Shown one piece after another: positions 1 to 8,307 of a stretch of 20,000 nucleotides of DNA. Source of the DNA: an uncultured virus (IMG/VR IMGVR_UViG_3300006922_000014) (Duplodnaviria > Heunggongvirae > Uroviricota > Caudoviricetes); the IMG/VR virus record IMGVR_UViG_3300006922_000014; one strand, written 5' to 3'. The translations under genes were made by a program, and so were the position numbers. The notes beneath the pieces were generated by a model that saw only the letters and a program-made list of their open reading frames with translations, did no database searches and was not told the origin of the DNA. Position 1 is the stretch's first letter. Each line of letters starts with the position of its first letter.

Positions 1-475
1 CTTTATCATTTATTAATCTTTTATAATATACTTCAGCATTCTTGATTTGATCCGTCATATGTAACTTAGTATCCATATTAGCTGTTCCGGTATGCTTTCT
101 AGTGTAATTCATCATATCACCAGCAACCATTCCGTTTGAACATACTTTAACATAAGCTCCTATAGCACACTGAAACCTTGTACTTTTATCATAAGAGTTT
201 GTCCAAGAGAACATCATACCTAGTTCTTCTTCTTCCATTATACTGCTATCAACAGGATTTAGAGGCTTTAAATGATAGATACCTTGTGCTACATTAGCAT
301 TCATATTAGATCTATAGACCTCTTTTATTATAGTGAATCCACTTGCATTAAGTAGACTCATAGTGTTGTCTATCACTTCTTTGTGTGATATGACTGTGTA
401 AGATTTACCATGGTTAGGTAAAGGTTGACTTTTTAGAAATGCTTTAGTCACTTCTGTTGGTTTTTTATATCCCAT
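1..475 (-). CDS. DUF932/DUF945-like phage protein (3'-truncated by window edge)
   Basis: Manual translation from ATG at 475: MGYKKPTEVTKAFL...YTVISHKEVID...WTNSYDKSTRFQCAIGAYVKVCSNGMV...RKHTG. The NSxD, CxNG and RxHT motifs are typical of DUF932. Not in the supplied ORF track. Confidence 0.75.
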   Translation of the reverse strand, partial: MGYKKPTEVTKAFLKSQPLPNHGKSYTVISHKEVIDNTMSLLNASGFTIIKEVYRSNMNANVAQGIYHLKPLNPVDSSIMEEEELGMMFSWTNSYDKSTRFQCAIGAYVKVCSNGMVAGDMMNYTRKHTGTANMDTKLHMTDQIKNAEVYYKRLINDK

Positions 476-509
476 AATTATAAACTTATTAAGTGTAAAT
501 ATAATAAAT

Positions 510-522
510 TAATCTGACTCAG
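510..522. repeat. 13-bp imperfect direct repeat, copy 1 (TAATCTGACTCAG)
   Basis: 12/13 match to 1378-1390. The pair brackets the radical SAM gene. Confidence 0.5.
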
Positions 523-526
523 CAAA

Positions 527-1369
527 TTAAAATATATATCTTATTGTGTTTAAAGGAAAATACTTCTTGTATATATCCTTGAATTCATTGATTAGCCTGC
601 CTTTATGTTCTAAAGGATACCTCATAACGCCTGATTGATTTTTAACTTCATAAGAACGCCTCATTAGTTCCTGGGCTTCTGGTGATGCTTTAATCATTTG
701 GTTCTTATGATTGGTTAAAGCTATAACCTCACATTTATTTATACCTGCTAGTTCTTTTACCTGTTTAAAAAGCTTATTATATTCTTCTTTCCAACCGGGA
801 TAAAAGACTAAAGGGCTATAATTAAGATGAACTTGCCAACCTAAATCTTTGAGACGGTTAACATCAGCTATACGGCTTTCTATCTTTTGCATCTTAGGTT
901 CTAATATATTAGAATACTTCTGAGGCATAAGACTAACACGTACTCTTGGAGGCTTGTTAAAATTACTAACGTCTAACGTTAATAGTCCTGGATACTTTGT
1001 AGCCATTGTTGTATTAAGATTTTTATGTTTATCATACATAAGCAAGTAATCATATAAAGAAATTCCTGCTTTCTTTACATGTTTTTGCATAAGTACTAAA
1101 TCTGTATTACAAGCAATGTCTACCATTGTGTATATAGGGTCTTGTTGATCAGGTACCTTATAGTAACTTTTTTCCCAATCAACAACAGACTTAAATATTT
1201 GGTCAACGTTTCTATTTACAAAAACTCTTTTACCATTATACCTAGACATATAACAATAGGTATCTACACAGCCACCAAAACAACCATATATGAGGTTTGG
1301 GGCTATGCAGTTAGCACTATTATTATTTGGTTTAGTTACAAGAGTTGTTGTTTTCTGTACCTTAATCAT
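527..1369 (-). CDS. Radical SAM protein, spore photoproduct lyase (SplB)-like family
   Basis: N-terminal Cys cluster GCFGGCVDTYCY; DIACNTD (compare SplB EAACTSD); ATK; RVRVSLMP; VHLNYSP; RY near the C-terminus. All recall the SPL-like family. Confidence 0.8.
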   Translation of the reverse strand: MIKVQKTTTLVTKPNNNSANCIAPNLIYGCFGGCVDTYCYMSRYNGKRVFVNRNVDQIFKSVVDWEKSYYKVPDQQDPIYTMVDIACNTDLVLMQKHVKKAGISLYDYLLMYDKHKNLNTTMATKYPGLLTLDVSNFNKPPRVRVSLMPQKYSNILEPKMQKIESRIADVNRLKDLGWQVHLNYSPLVFYPGWKEEYNKLFKQVKELAGINKCEVIALTNHKNQMIKASPEAQELMRRSYEVKNQSGVMRYPLEHKGRLINEFKDIYKKYFPLNTIRYIF

Positions 1370-1721
1370 TTCTTATGTAAGCTGACTCAGTGCCAGATAT
1401 AATATCTATATCTTTTACTTCAATATCTTTTACAAATTGACCGTTAACCATCTTTCCGGTACGTTTAGAGATTACATCATAAGCTGACTTGAGGCAGTAT
1501 TCTAAAGATACATTCTGCATCTTAGCCTGAATAATCAAGGTGACCATAATATCACCCATAGCATCAACAATCTCTTCACGGTCATCAGCATTGATAGCCG
1601 TGCAGAGTTCAGTTGTTTCTTCTAATGTTTTCAACGCTTGGGCCATTGGTGTGGCTTTGTCAAAAATACCTTTTTCTTCTGCCCAGCTTTCTACTGCACA
1701 TTCTAGTTCAAAATAATCCAT
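1362..1721 (-). CDS. MazG-like NTP pyrophosphohydrolase (single domain)
   Basis: WAEEKGI...QALKTLEETTEL...EIVDAMGDIMVTL...AYDVISKRTGKMVNGQFVK. Carries the EExxE / DxxGD metal-binding pattern of phage MazG-like proteins. Confidence 0.85.
   Translation of the reverse strand: MDYFELECAVESWAEEKGIFDKATPMAQALKTLEETTELCTAINADDREEIVDAMGDIMVTLIIQAKMQNVSLEYCLKSAYDVISKRTGKMVNGQFVKDIEVKDIDIISGTESAYIRND
1378..1390. repeat. 13-bp imperfect direct repeat, copy 2 (TAAGCTGACTCAG)
   Basis: 12/13 match to 510-522. Lies in the last codons of the MazG-like gene. Confidence 0.5.
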
Positions 1722-1725
1722 ATGT

Positions 1726-3717
1726 TTAAAATAATTTTAATTGATTAGATGACACCGTTAATATACTATTTATCTCAGACTCAATTGCTTGTAGATAATA
1801 AAGCTTATTGATATTATAGTTTTCCCATTTAGGTTCTACTTGCATATCATTAAATAAACTTTGTAACCACTTACCAGCCTCTAGTTGTATTTCACGATCA
1901 TCATTTTTGTTAACTTTTACGATCTTTACTCCATCTTTAGATATAAAATACCTATTGATTTTTTGTAATTTATCTTCAGTGTACTTGCCATCTTTAACAT
2001 ATCTTGCTACTTGTTGCCAATTACCCTTTGATTTACCACCTATACAATAATCTAGAATGTTTTTATTTTGTTCTAGATAGTCTTCAGGTAATATGTTTTT
2101 TACGAAGAAAGCATATATAGCTTTTGGTATAACTAACTTAGACTTGTTTTTATGTAACTGTAGGTTATGAAAATCAAATCTACCTTTCAGCTTAACAGGA
2201 GCATAGCTAAACTTATCATTCTTGACATTAAATAAATAATGTGGTAATGATTGTTTTACTTCTCTAAACTTTGTTATGTCAACATCAATAAAGTTGTTTA
2301 CACCTATATAGTTATTTACATCTGAAAGTATTAATTTTTGATATTCATCATGTTCTAAGTTTAAACTAGTTTTCTCCTCCCACTCTTTACATATCTGCAT
2401 ATATAAATCATAGTGCTCTCTTGGTATAATAGTTTCTACACCATCCGTGTTCTGTAATAAAGCAACAGCACCCGGTATACGCTCCATGATTTGTTCATAC
2501 AACATCATCAACGTTAGCTGACCATTAATTGTAATTCTCATACACAATTCTGGATCATAAAAGAAGCTATTTACATCATTGCTAAGACCAAATGTAGAAT
2601 TAAGTATAATCTTATATACATAATTCATTGGATTGCTCTTAGGAATCTTCTTACGCTCTTCAAAGAACCACTCATACTGATCACAAAACTGGTCAACTGG
2701 AAAATGTTCAGGAGACCATTTATTTTTGATTGCTAAGTTTGGGTAAAAAGATGTTACATCTGAACTCATAATTAACATATCATCATCACTTTCATAAACA
2801 CCTTTGTTAGCAGCACCATGTGCACCACCTAAACCAAAATGTGTCTTTACAGATTTATAGTTTATATGATATTTGAAACTACCTTTCAGGTTAGAAGCAT
2901 CTATCTCTAAAGTTTTAAACCTATCATGTAGTGTTTTAAACTCTTGAGATGTAAATGAAATGTATGGTAATAAAATATCAGATACTTTAATATTAGATCT
3001 ATGAGTCCTCATTTGTTTGAGATCTCTTTTTGGTATATTAAGCTTTTCTGATAAATAATAACCAAATAGTTCTTTACTAATTCTTGGTTCAGAGGCGCTA
3101 TATAGATTTATATTATATGTATCTGTTAGTTCTTTACGTAGTTTAATCTGTGACTTTGACCTATTAAATATTTCTTTGGTTGACTGTACATCATTAACAT
3201 TATATTCAATGATAGTGTTAATCTCCTCAAGAGTTTTAATTTCAGCTGTATGATCTATAGGCATTTCTAATATATTTTGCCAGTCCATACTATATTGTAT
3301 CCACTTAAGACTAGAACGTTTAGCCGGGTTATCCCAATGGTGTAACTTAAATAGATCTATCTGACCTATTTTCATCTTCCATATGGGGTAATCCATAAAC
3401 TCTTTGTTATTAGACTTATTAATACAGTACTGTGCGTACTTATAAATTATATTAGCTATCTCACATCCTTTAAGATTGTCCCATAAATAGTAATTATCTA
3501 TTATATATTGAGTGATCTGGCCATCAAATGCTAAACCATTGTATGATATATGCCACTCTTTATTATCTACATTATCTTTTAAGAAACTTATAAAATCATC
3601 AAAATCATTACGCAGGTCATGAACAACAAATGTTTTACTCTCATTTGTTTTATAATGCTCAAATACCCCGGTGAAACAATTAGATAAAGTTTCATAGTCC
3701 ATTACCCAGTGTTTCAT
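1726..3717 (-). CDS. polB: Family B DNA polymerase with 3'-5' exonuclease domain
   Basis: ExoI DYET, ExoII YNGLAFD, ExoIII YNVNDV; polymerase motif A SDVTSFYP, motif B KIILNSTFG, motif C QNTDG; downstream VNNY and KLKG. Confidence 0.92.
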   Translation of the reverse strand: MKHWVMDYETLSNCFTGVFEHYKTNESKTFVVHDLRNDFDDFISFLKDNVDNKEWHISYNGLAFDGQITQYIIDNYYLWDNLKGCEIANIIYKYAQYCINKSNNKEFMDYPIWKMKIGQIDLFKLHHWDNPAKRSSLKWIQYSMDWQNILEMPIDHTAEIKTLEEINTIIEYNVNDVQSTKEIFNRSKSQIKLRKELTDTYNINLYSASEPRISKELFGYYLSEKLNIPKRDLKQMRTHRSNIKVSDILLPYISFTSQEFKTLHDRFKTLEIDASNLKGSFKYHINYKSVKTHFGLGGAHGAANKGVYESDDDMLIMSSDVTSFYPNLAIKNKWSPEHFPVDQFCDQYEWFFEERKKIPKSNPMNYVYKIILNSTFGLSNDVNSFFYDPELCMRITINGQLTLMMLYEQIMERIPGAVALLQNTDGVETIIPREHYDLYMQICKEWEEKTSLNLEHDEYQKLILSDVNNYIGVNNFIDVDITKFREVKQSLPHYLFNVKNDKFSYAPVKLKGRFDFHNLQLHKNKSKLVIPKAIYAFFVKNILPEDYLEQNKNILDYCIGGKSKGNWQQVARYVKDGKYTEDKLQKINRYFISKDGVKIVKVNKNDDREIQLEAGKWLQSLFNDMQVEPKWENYNINKLYYLQAIESEINSILTVSSNQLKLF

Positions 3718-3729
3718 TTTTTATGTTTT

Positions 3730-4053
3730 TTAAGAGCTAGAGTCATTATTCTCTTTCTCATTTGAATTAGTGTTTCCATCATTATAATTTTTAAGTGCCA
3801 CTACTTTAGCTTCTAGTATTAGATCCATAATACTATCATAGATACTTTCTACCGCTTCTGGTGATCCATCACGCTCTAACTTTTTATCTATTTCTCTCTC
3901 ATATAAGTCAACTGTTTTGATTACATGCTTAATCTTTTGTTTAACTTTTTGAGTATGTATATACTGTAACCCGTGTGCTATCTCACCCATGCACTTAGTC
4001 ATAGCAAACAGGATGTTAACATCCATTATTTCTTCTGCTTTTAATTGTTTCAT
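3730..4053 (-). CDS. Hypothetical protein (predicted helical)
   Basis: 107-aa ORF in operon orientation with an AATT-ATG start. No recognised motif. Confidence 0.7.
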   Translation of the reverse strand: MKQLKAEEIMDVNILFAMTKCMGEIAHGLQYIHTQKVKQKIKHVIKTVDLYEREIDKKLERDGSPEAVESIYDSIMDLILEAKVVALKNYNDGNTNSNEKENNDSSS

Positions 4054-4072
4054 AATTTAATTTATTAGAGCC

Positions 4073-4104
4073 AAAAAAAGCCCAAATCAATGAGCTTTCT
4101 TTTT
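4073..4104 (-). terminator. Intrinsic terminator
   Basis: Minus strand AAAGCTCA-TTGATT-TGGGCTTT stem-loop (one G-U pair) followed by a T run, just downstream of the 4129..4548 stop. Confidence 0.7.
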
Positions 4105-4128
4105 AAAAATCAATAAAGTGTTAGACCT

Positions 4129-4548
4129 TTATTGACCAGGTAGAATTAAATTAGATGTTTTAGTTTCCTTTACATCTACATTCATAAACTGTGTGTAGTC
4201 AAATTCTGAAGCATTAACAGCAAACATATGAATAAAAGTTTCTATATCAGCTTTATCATTAAGATAAAACTCAGAGAAAGTATCTACTAGCCTTCTCTCT
4301 TCTTTAACCGTTTTACCAGTTTGTTGATTTGGTGTTTTTAATCTTTGTGGATCTCCGTTATCATCTAACTTTGGTACCATATGATAAGATTGTTTCATCA
4401 CTTTACTGATGACAGCTAAAATACCTGACGCAGGGTCAAACATAGCTTCTGTATAAGGTGAGTCTAAACTCACAGGAATTAATGTAAAAGAATTTACATT
4501 TCTAAATACTGATTTTACCAGCATCATATTTTGTCCTATTTGTGCCAT
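4129..4548 (-). CDS. Hypothetical phage protein
   Basis: 139-aa ORF with an AATT-ATG start, preceded by a promoter box and followed by a terminator. Confidence 0.8.
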   Translation of the reverse strand: MAQIGQNMMLVKSVFRNVNSFTLIPVSLDSPYTEAMFDPASGILAVISKVMKQSYHMVPKLDDNGDPQRLKTPNQQTGKTVKEERRLVDTFSEFYLNDKADIETFIHMFAVNASEFDYTQFMNVDVKETKTSNLILPGQ

Positions 4549-4556
4549 AATTGGTT

Positions 4557-5135
4557 TTATTTATTGCTCAAAGATATTGAAGTATCTTCTAATAACCTAG
4601 CTAAAAGATAATTATTATCAACTAAGGTTTCTTTTTCTAGATCTGGAGGTGTGCATATCTCATGAACATCTTTCAATTGTTCAACTGATACATTCAAGAA
4701 CTCTGCATATTCTTCATGACTTTCTTGTGGTGATAAAAATGAATGAACATACTCAGAAACCTTATCATCATCTCCAAAATAATCTAATATATTAATTTTA
4801 CTATCTATACTTATGTTTGAATACTTACCTTTAATGAAGTTATCATAATCAAACTTTAATGAAGTAAAATCATAAACTATCAGGTGTCTTCTCTCACTAA
4901 GTTTTATATGCTTATAAAAATGTTTATGAGAAAATACATGCTTTTCCAAAAACAATATAAATTTCTTAGTCATAGGGGTCTGATATAAACACATAAACAT
5001 TGTATCATCAATAGAGTAGACATCTTCCAAGGCTATATAAGTTTGCCTAGGAACATGTCCAATGCCTTTTTTGTACCCAAGTAATGGATACATAAAAACT
5101 TTACTCTTTTGAAAATAGTCTGTGTAAACACCCAT
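4557..5135 (-). CDS. Hypothetical phage protein
   Basis: 192-aa ORF starting 1 nt after the nuclease stop. Contains FMYPLLG and FIKGKYS segments; function not recognised. Confidence 0.8.
   Translation of the reverse strand: MGVYTDYFQKSKVFMYPLLGYKKGIGHVPRQTYIALEDVYSIDDTMFMCLYQTPMTKKFILFLEKHVFSHKHFYKHIKLSERRHLIVYDFTSLKFDYDNFIKGKYSNISIDSKINILDYFGDDDKVSEYVHSFLSPQESHEEYAEFLNVSVEQLKDVHEICTPPDLEKETLVDNNYLLARLLEDTSISLSNK
4569..4576 (-). promoter_or_regulatory. Bacteroidota-type -7 promoter element (TATCTTTG)
   Basis: Exact TAnnTTTG match 20 nt upstream of the ATG at 4548. The same octamer recurs before three other genes. Confidence 0.6.
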
Positions 5136-5136
5136 A

Positions 5137-6132
5137 CTATAATTTAACTTTATTTACTAAAAATTCATAGGGTAAACTATAGTTTCTTTCATTATAATGA
5201 TACTCAGCTGCTTTTAATACACCACCAAGACCTTCTGCCCAACCACCTAATGTTTGTTGAGACACATCAAATACATAAGTTTGATTATATTTATCAATTA
5301 CAACAAATTTAAAGTCTATTGTATAATCATCACGGTTCTCTACAGATTCCATATAGTCCCATACTAACTTACAATATATAGATGCTTGCAACCAATAATT
5401 ATAAAAATCTACTGTTTCTTTAAAATCACTTATTGTTTTACCTGTGGTTTTTAAATCAGTTATAACAGCTTTTTTCTCCTTATGATCTATGCTAAAGAAA
5501 TCTATATAACCATGTAAACCAAAAGGTAAACCTTTCAATTTACAGCTAAGGTATTTTTCTGCATGTGTTTCATAATCATCTAATTCAAAATCTGTAGGTG
5601 CCTCTTCAAATATAGCCATAACATCACTGTTACTTTTAATAATCTCAGATTGATCTTTACATCTTAGTAAAGTATCTTCATCTATTACATCTACATTGCT
5701 ATTAGATAAAAATTCCCAGTAAGGTTCAAACTCATCTTTTATGATTTTAACTATACGTTGTTCATCTGTTTTAAGAGATTGATACAAGTTCATTTCTTTG
5801 AGTGAATCTAATACTATTTCAGATGGAACATCAAAGAGCTTTTCTGCATCTGTATACAAAGACATATTTTTTAATACCTTTCTGACACTATCTGATGGTG
5901 CTTTACCGGGTGTTATACTAAACTTATCTTTTAAATTATCAGGTTCAAATAATAAACAATGAAGTAGCTTTCCTTCTACTAAATGCTTATCTGTTCTAAC
6001 CTCTTTATCTTTTAATATATAATCCTTATAAAATAAGAATGGTGAAAATAATAACTTGTTTAAAGAAGAGTAGCTAAAGCAAAATTTATTATTTGCATAA
6101 AACTCCTCTTCTTTTTGAAAATTTCTATTCAT
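5137..6132 (-). CDS. PD-(D/E)XK exonuclease (RecE/Exo VIII-like)
   Basis: FSYSSLN, GKLLHCLLFEP, E(K)...GYIDF...DLKTT and YWLQASIY match the RecB/RecE-type nuclease motif series. Confidence 0.85.
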   Translation of the reverse strand: MNRNFQKEEEFYANNKFCFSYSSLNKLLFSPFLFYKDYILKDKEVRTDKHLVEGKLLHCLLFEPDNLKDKFSITPGKAPSDSVRKVLKNMSLYTDAEKLFDVPSEIVLDSLKEMNLYQSLKTDEQRIVKIIKDEFEPYWEFLSNSNVDVIDEDTLLRCKDQSEIIKSNSDVMAIFEEAPTDFELDDYETHAEKYLSCKLKGLPFGLHGYIDFFSIDHKEKKAVITDLKTTGKTISDFKETVDFYNYWLQASIYCKLVWDYMESVENRDDYTIDFKFVVIDKYNQTYVFDVSQQTLGGWAEGLGGVLKAAEYHYNERNYSLPYEFLVNKVKL

Positions 6133-7267
6133 TTACGTTTTCTTCTATTTTGTCTACAATATACAAATTATCTAAATCAACTTTAAATATATCTGAACTA
6201 TCACCAACAATTGGTCCAAGTAAAGTATTTAAAAGCTGCTTTCTAGATTTATCTACTGCAAACCTTGTTAATTTTCTATCTTTTGCTAATAATGATAAGT
6301 AATTATTAAAACTATATATGGTGTTTGTGTTATGAACTCCTTCATATGCTTTTAATCTATTACGCATTGCCTTAACATTAACTGAATTCCAGTTATTTGT
6401 ACTCTTGAACCATTCATATTTCCAATAATATAATCCTGATACTACATCAAAAGATTTTTCTATATTACAATTAGCCATCATTTCTACTGCTAAAGATCTG
6501 TTGTCTATATCTGTGCTTTCAATCATTTTTCTAATATCTTCATATTTATCATTCCCTATTACTGCTAGCTCACTATCAATAATATTAGATATATCAGTAT
6601 CAAACACAATTTGACTTGTTGACTGCATAAGATTATTAAAAGCTTCCGCACTCTTTTTAGGTAATATCCAATCATTACCCTCATCATTACTCAGATCTTC
6701 ATCAATCATATATTTATTTACCTCGTCATATAATTTAGGGCTGCTGCCGTTCCAATGCTTATTTACTTTAAAATCTATCATACTAAAAGTTGGAGTTTCA
6801 TTTAAAAACTCTTGTATTTTAGCTGTTGCTAAATCAGTAAATGCATCTTTATCTGCTTTCATCCATTTTACAACTTGAAATAAAGACTGATATGGTATAG
6901 AACTAGCCCATGTTCTTTCAAGTAGGGTGTCAAATAATTTTAATGATACTATACATATATCTGCTTTTGTTATATCTCTTATAACTTTACAATTATATTT
7001 ATCTTTTATCAAATCCATTTTTTGTCTTGGCAGAGTTATCTTAGGAAATCTATATATTTTTTTATCCTGCAGATCTATTTCTTGATCACTTTCTACTACA
7101 GGTAAACCTATTTTTTCTAAATCTTCAGCTTCAACTTGCCAACCATTTTTATTATATAGCCATTGCTCTTCAACTTTATTAAATTCTATAGCGGATGCTT
7201 TAATTTTGCCATTTGAATCTATATGCTCATCATATAGATAAATATTAAATTTGTACTTCGGTCTCAT
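6125..7267 (-). CDS. Uncharacterised protein with BRCT-like segment and shared helical motif (paralog of 7275..8306)
   Basis: aa 69-108 KKIYRFPKITLPRQKMDLIKDKYNCKVIRDITKADICIVS and aa 236-272 VIGNDKYEDIRKMIESTDIDNRSLAVEMMANCNIEKS align by eye with the neighbouring gene. Confidence 0.7.
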   Translation of the reverse strand: MRPKYKFNIYLYDEHIDSNGKIKASAIEFNKVEEQWLYNKNGWQVEAEDLEKIGLPVVESDQEIDLQDKKIYRFPKITLPRQKMDLIKDKYNCKVIRDITKADICIVSLKLFDTLLERTWASSIPYQSLFQVVKWMKADKDAFTDLATAKIQEFLNETPTFSMIDFKVNKHWNGSSPKLYDEVNKYMIDEDLSNDEGNDWILPKKSAEAFNNLMQSTSQIVFDTDISNIIDSELAVIGNDKYEDIRKMIESTDIDNRSLAVEMMANCNIEKSFDVVSGLYYWKYEWFKSTNNWNSVNVKAMRNRLKAYEGVHNTNTIYSFNNYLSLLAKDRKLTRFAVDKSRKQLLNTLLGPIVGDSSDIFKVDLDNLYIVDKIEENVNE

Positions 7268-7274
7268 AATTTTT

Positions 7275-8306
7275 TTATTTTAAATATTTTTGATATTCTT
7301 TTTTAACAGCTACTTTAAATGTGTAAAGGTCTCTGTTATGAATGCTTATCTCTCTTCTTACTATAGGTTCAAGATATCTAAACGTTATTGTGTCAAGTTT
7401 ACCTTCTTGCTCTAACCATAATATCATGTCTTGTGCACTCTTACGGTTAAAATTGTGAAAGTTTGACGAATCCAACCAATACTGTAGATCCTTATCTCTA
7501 TTGTCTGCATATGTTATACTACTACAATCTTGTGCAAACTGCCATAATAAATGATAGTTTTTCTTATAGTCTATAGTAGGAACAATTTTAAGAGCTAAAG
7601 CTTTATCATCACCATATGAATTCAACTGGGCCTTAAGATCACTGAGAAGTTGCTCATCAAGAGTCATTTTGGTAGCAGACGCATGAAGGACTGTCTCAGG
7701 ATCAATAACACTAACATCTGTAGTATCAATTATATGAGCTAAGTTTATAGCCATACCAGTTAACATCCAGCTATCATATAAGCTATCTTCTATATCTATA
7801 TCATAGTATCTTACATTATCTGTAATCTTTGGTGTAATGATACATTCTAGACCCGAATTAGCTATATTTTTAAGAACGCCATGTCTATTCACATCTCCTT
7901 TTGTAGTCTCATAATTCCATAACTTATTCATCATTATAGTAGTTGGAATATTCTCCGCATTACTTAATTTATGAGTTGTTATTTCTTCATGACCTATGAT
8001 TAGATCAGCCAATTCATAATCATTTGTTACAGTTATACCATGCTCTTTAAGAGCAGACTTTAATCTATCTTGTGATACATTACACTTTGGTAGTATAAAA
8101 GCTTTCTTTTTGGTTCTAAAAGTTTGGTCATCCTCAGTAGGGACCGTTAGTATAGTGTTTATCTTTTCATAAGTTGTTTTATCTTGAGTACATAATACTT
8201 TATTAATACCTGTACTAGAAACTAACCCATAAGTAGGGTCAGTCTCTAGTCCAAAGTATACTAAAGCATCAGTATCAAAATCTTGATATACTGATTTATT
8301 TGCCAT
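7275..8306 (-). CDS. Uncharacterised protein with BRCT-like segment and shared helical motif (paralog of 6125..7267)
   Basis: aa 67-106 KKAFILPKCNVSQDRLKSALKEHGITVTNDYELADLIIGH; aa 214-250 MTLDEQLLSDLKAQLNSYGDDKALALKIVPTIDYKKN. Confidence 0.7.
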   Translation of the reverse strand: MANKSVYQDFDTDALVYFGLETDPTYGLVSSTGINKVLCTQDKTTYEKINTILTVPTEDDQTFRTKKKAFILPKCNVSQDRLKSALKEHGITVTNDYELADLIIGHEEITTHKLSNAENIPTTIMMNKLWNYETTKGDVNRHGVLKNIANSGLECIITPKITDNVRYYDIDIEDSLYDSWMLTGMAINLAHIIDTTDVSVIDPETVLHASATKMTLDEQLLSDLKAQLNSYGDDKALALKIVPTIDYKKNYHLLWQFAQDCSSITYADNRDKDLQYWLDSSNFHNFNRKSAQDMILWLEQEGKLDTITFRYLEPIVRREISIHNRDLYTFKVAVKKEYQKYLK

Positions 8307-8307
8307 T

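Noticed and set aside
1408..1433. Tandem ATATCTTTTAC repeat (VKDIEVKDI) in the MazG tail
   Set aside because: Two copies only, in frame and AT-rich. Most likely a small local duplication, not an array or iteron set.
2437..2460. PolB motif C reads QNTDG instead of YGDTDS, suggesting inactivation
   Set aside because: The essential second Asp and all other polymerase and exonuclease motifs are intact. NTDG is a recognised variant in phage PolB enzymes.
1726..3717. Intein, intron or homing endonuclease in the polymerase or helicases
   Set aside because: Motif spacing is compact and continuous, with no splice-junction, LAGLIDADG or HNH signatures.
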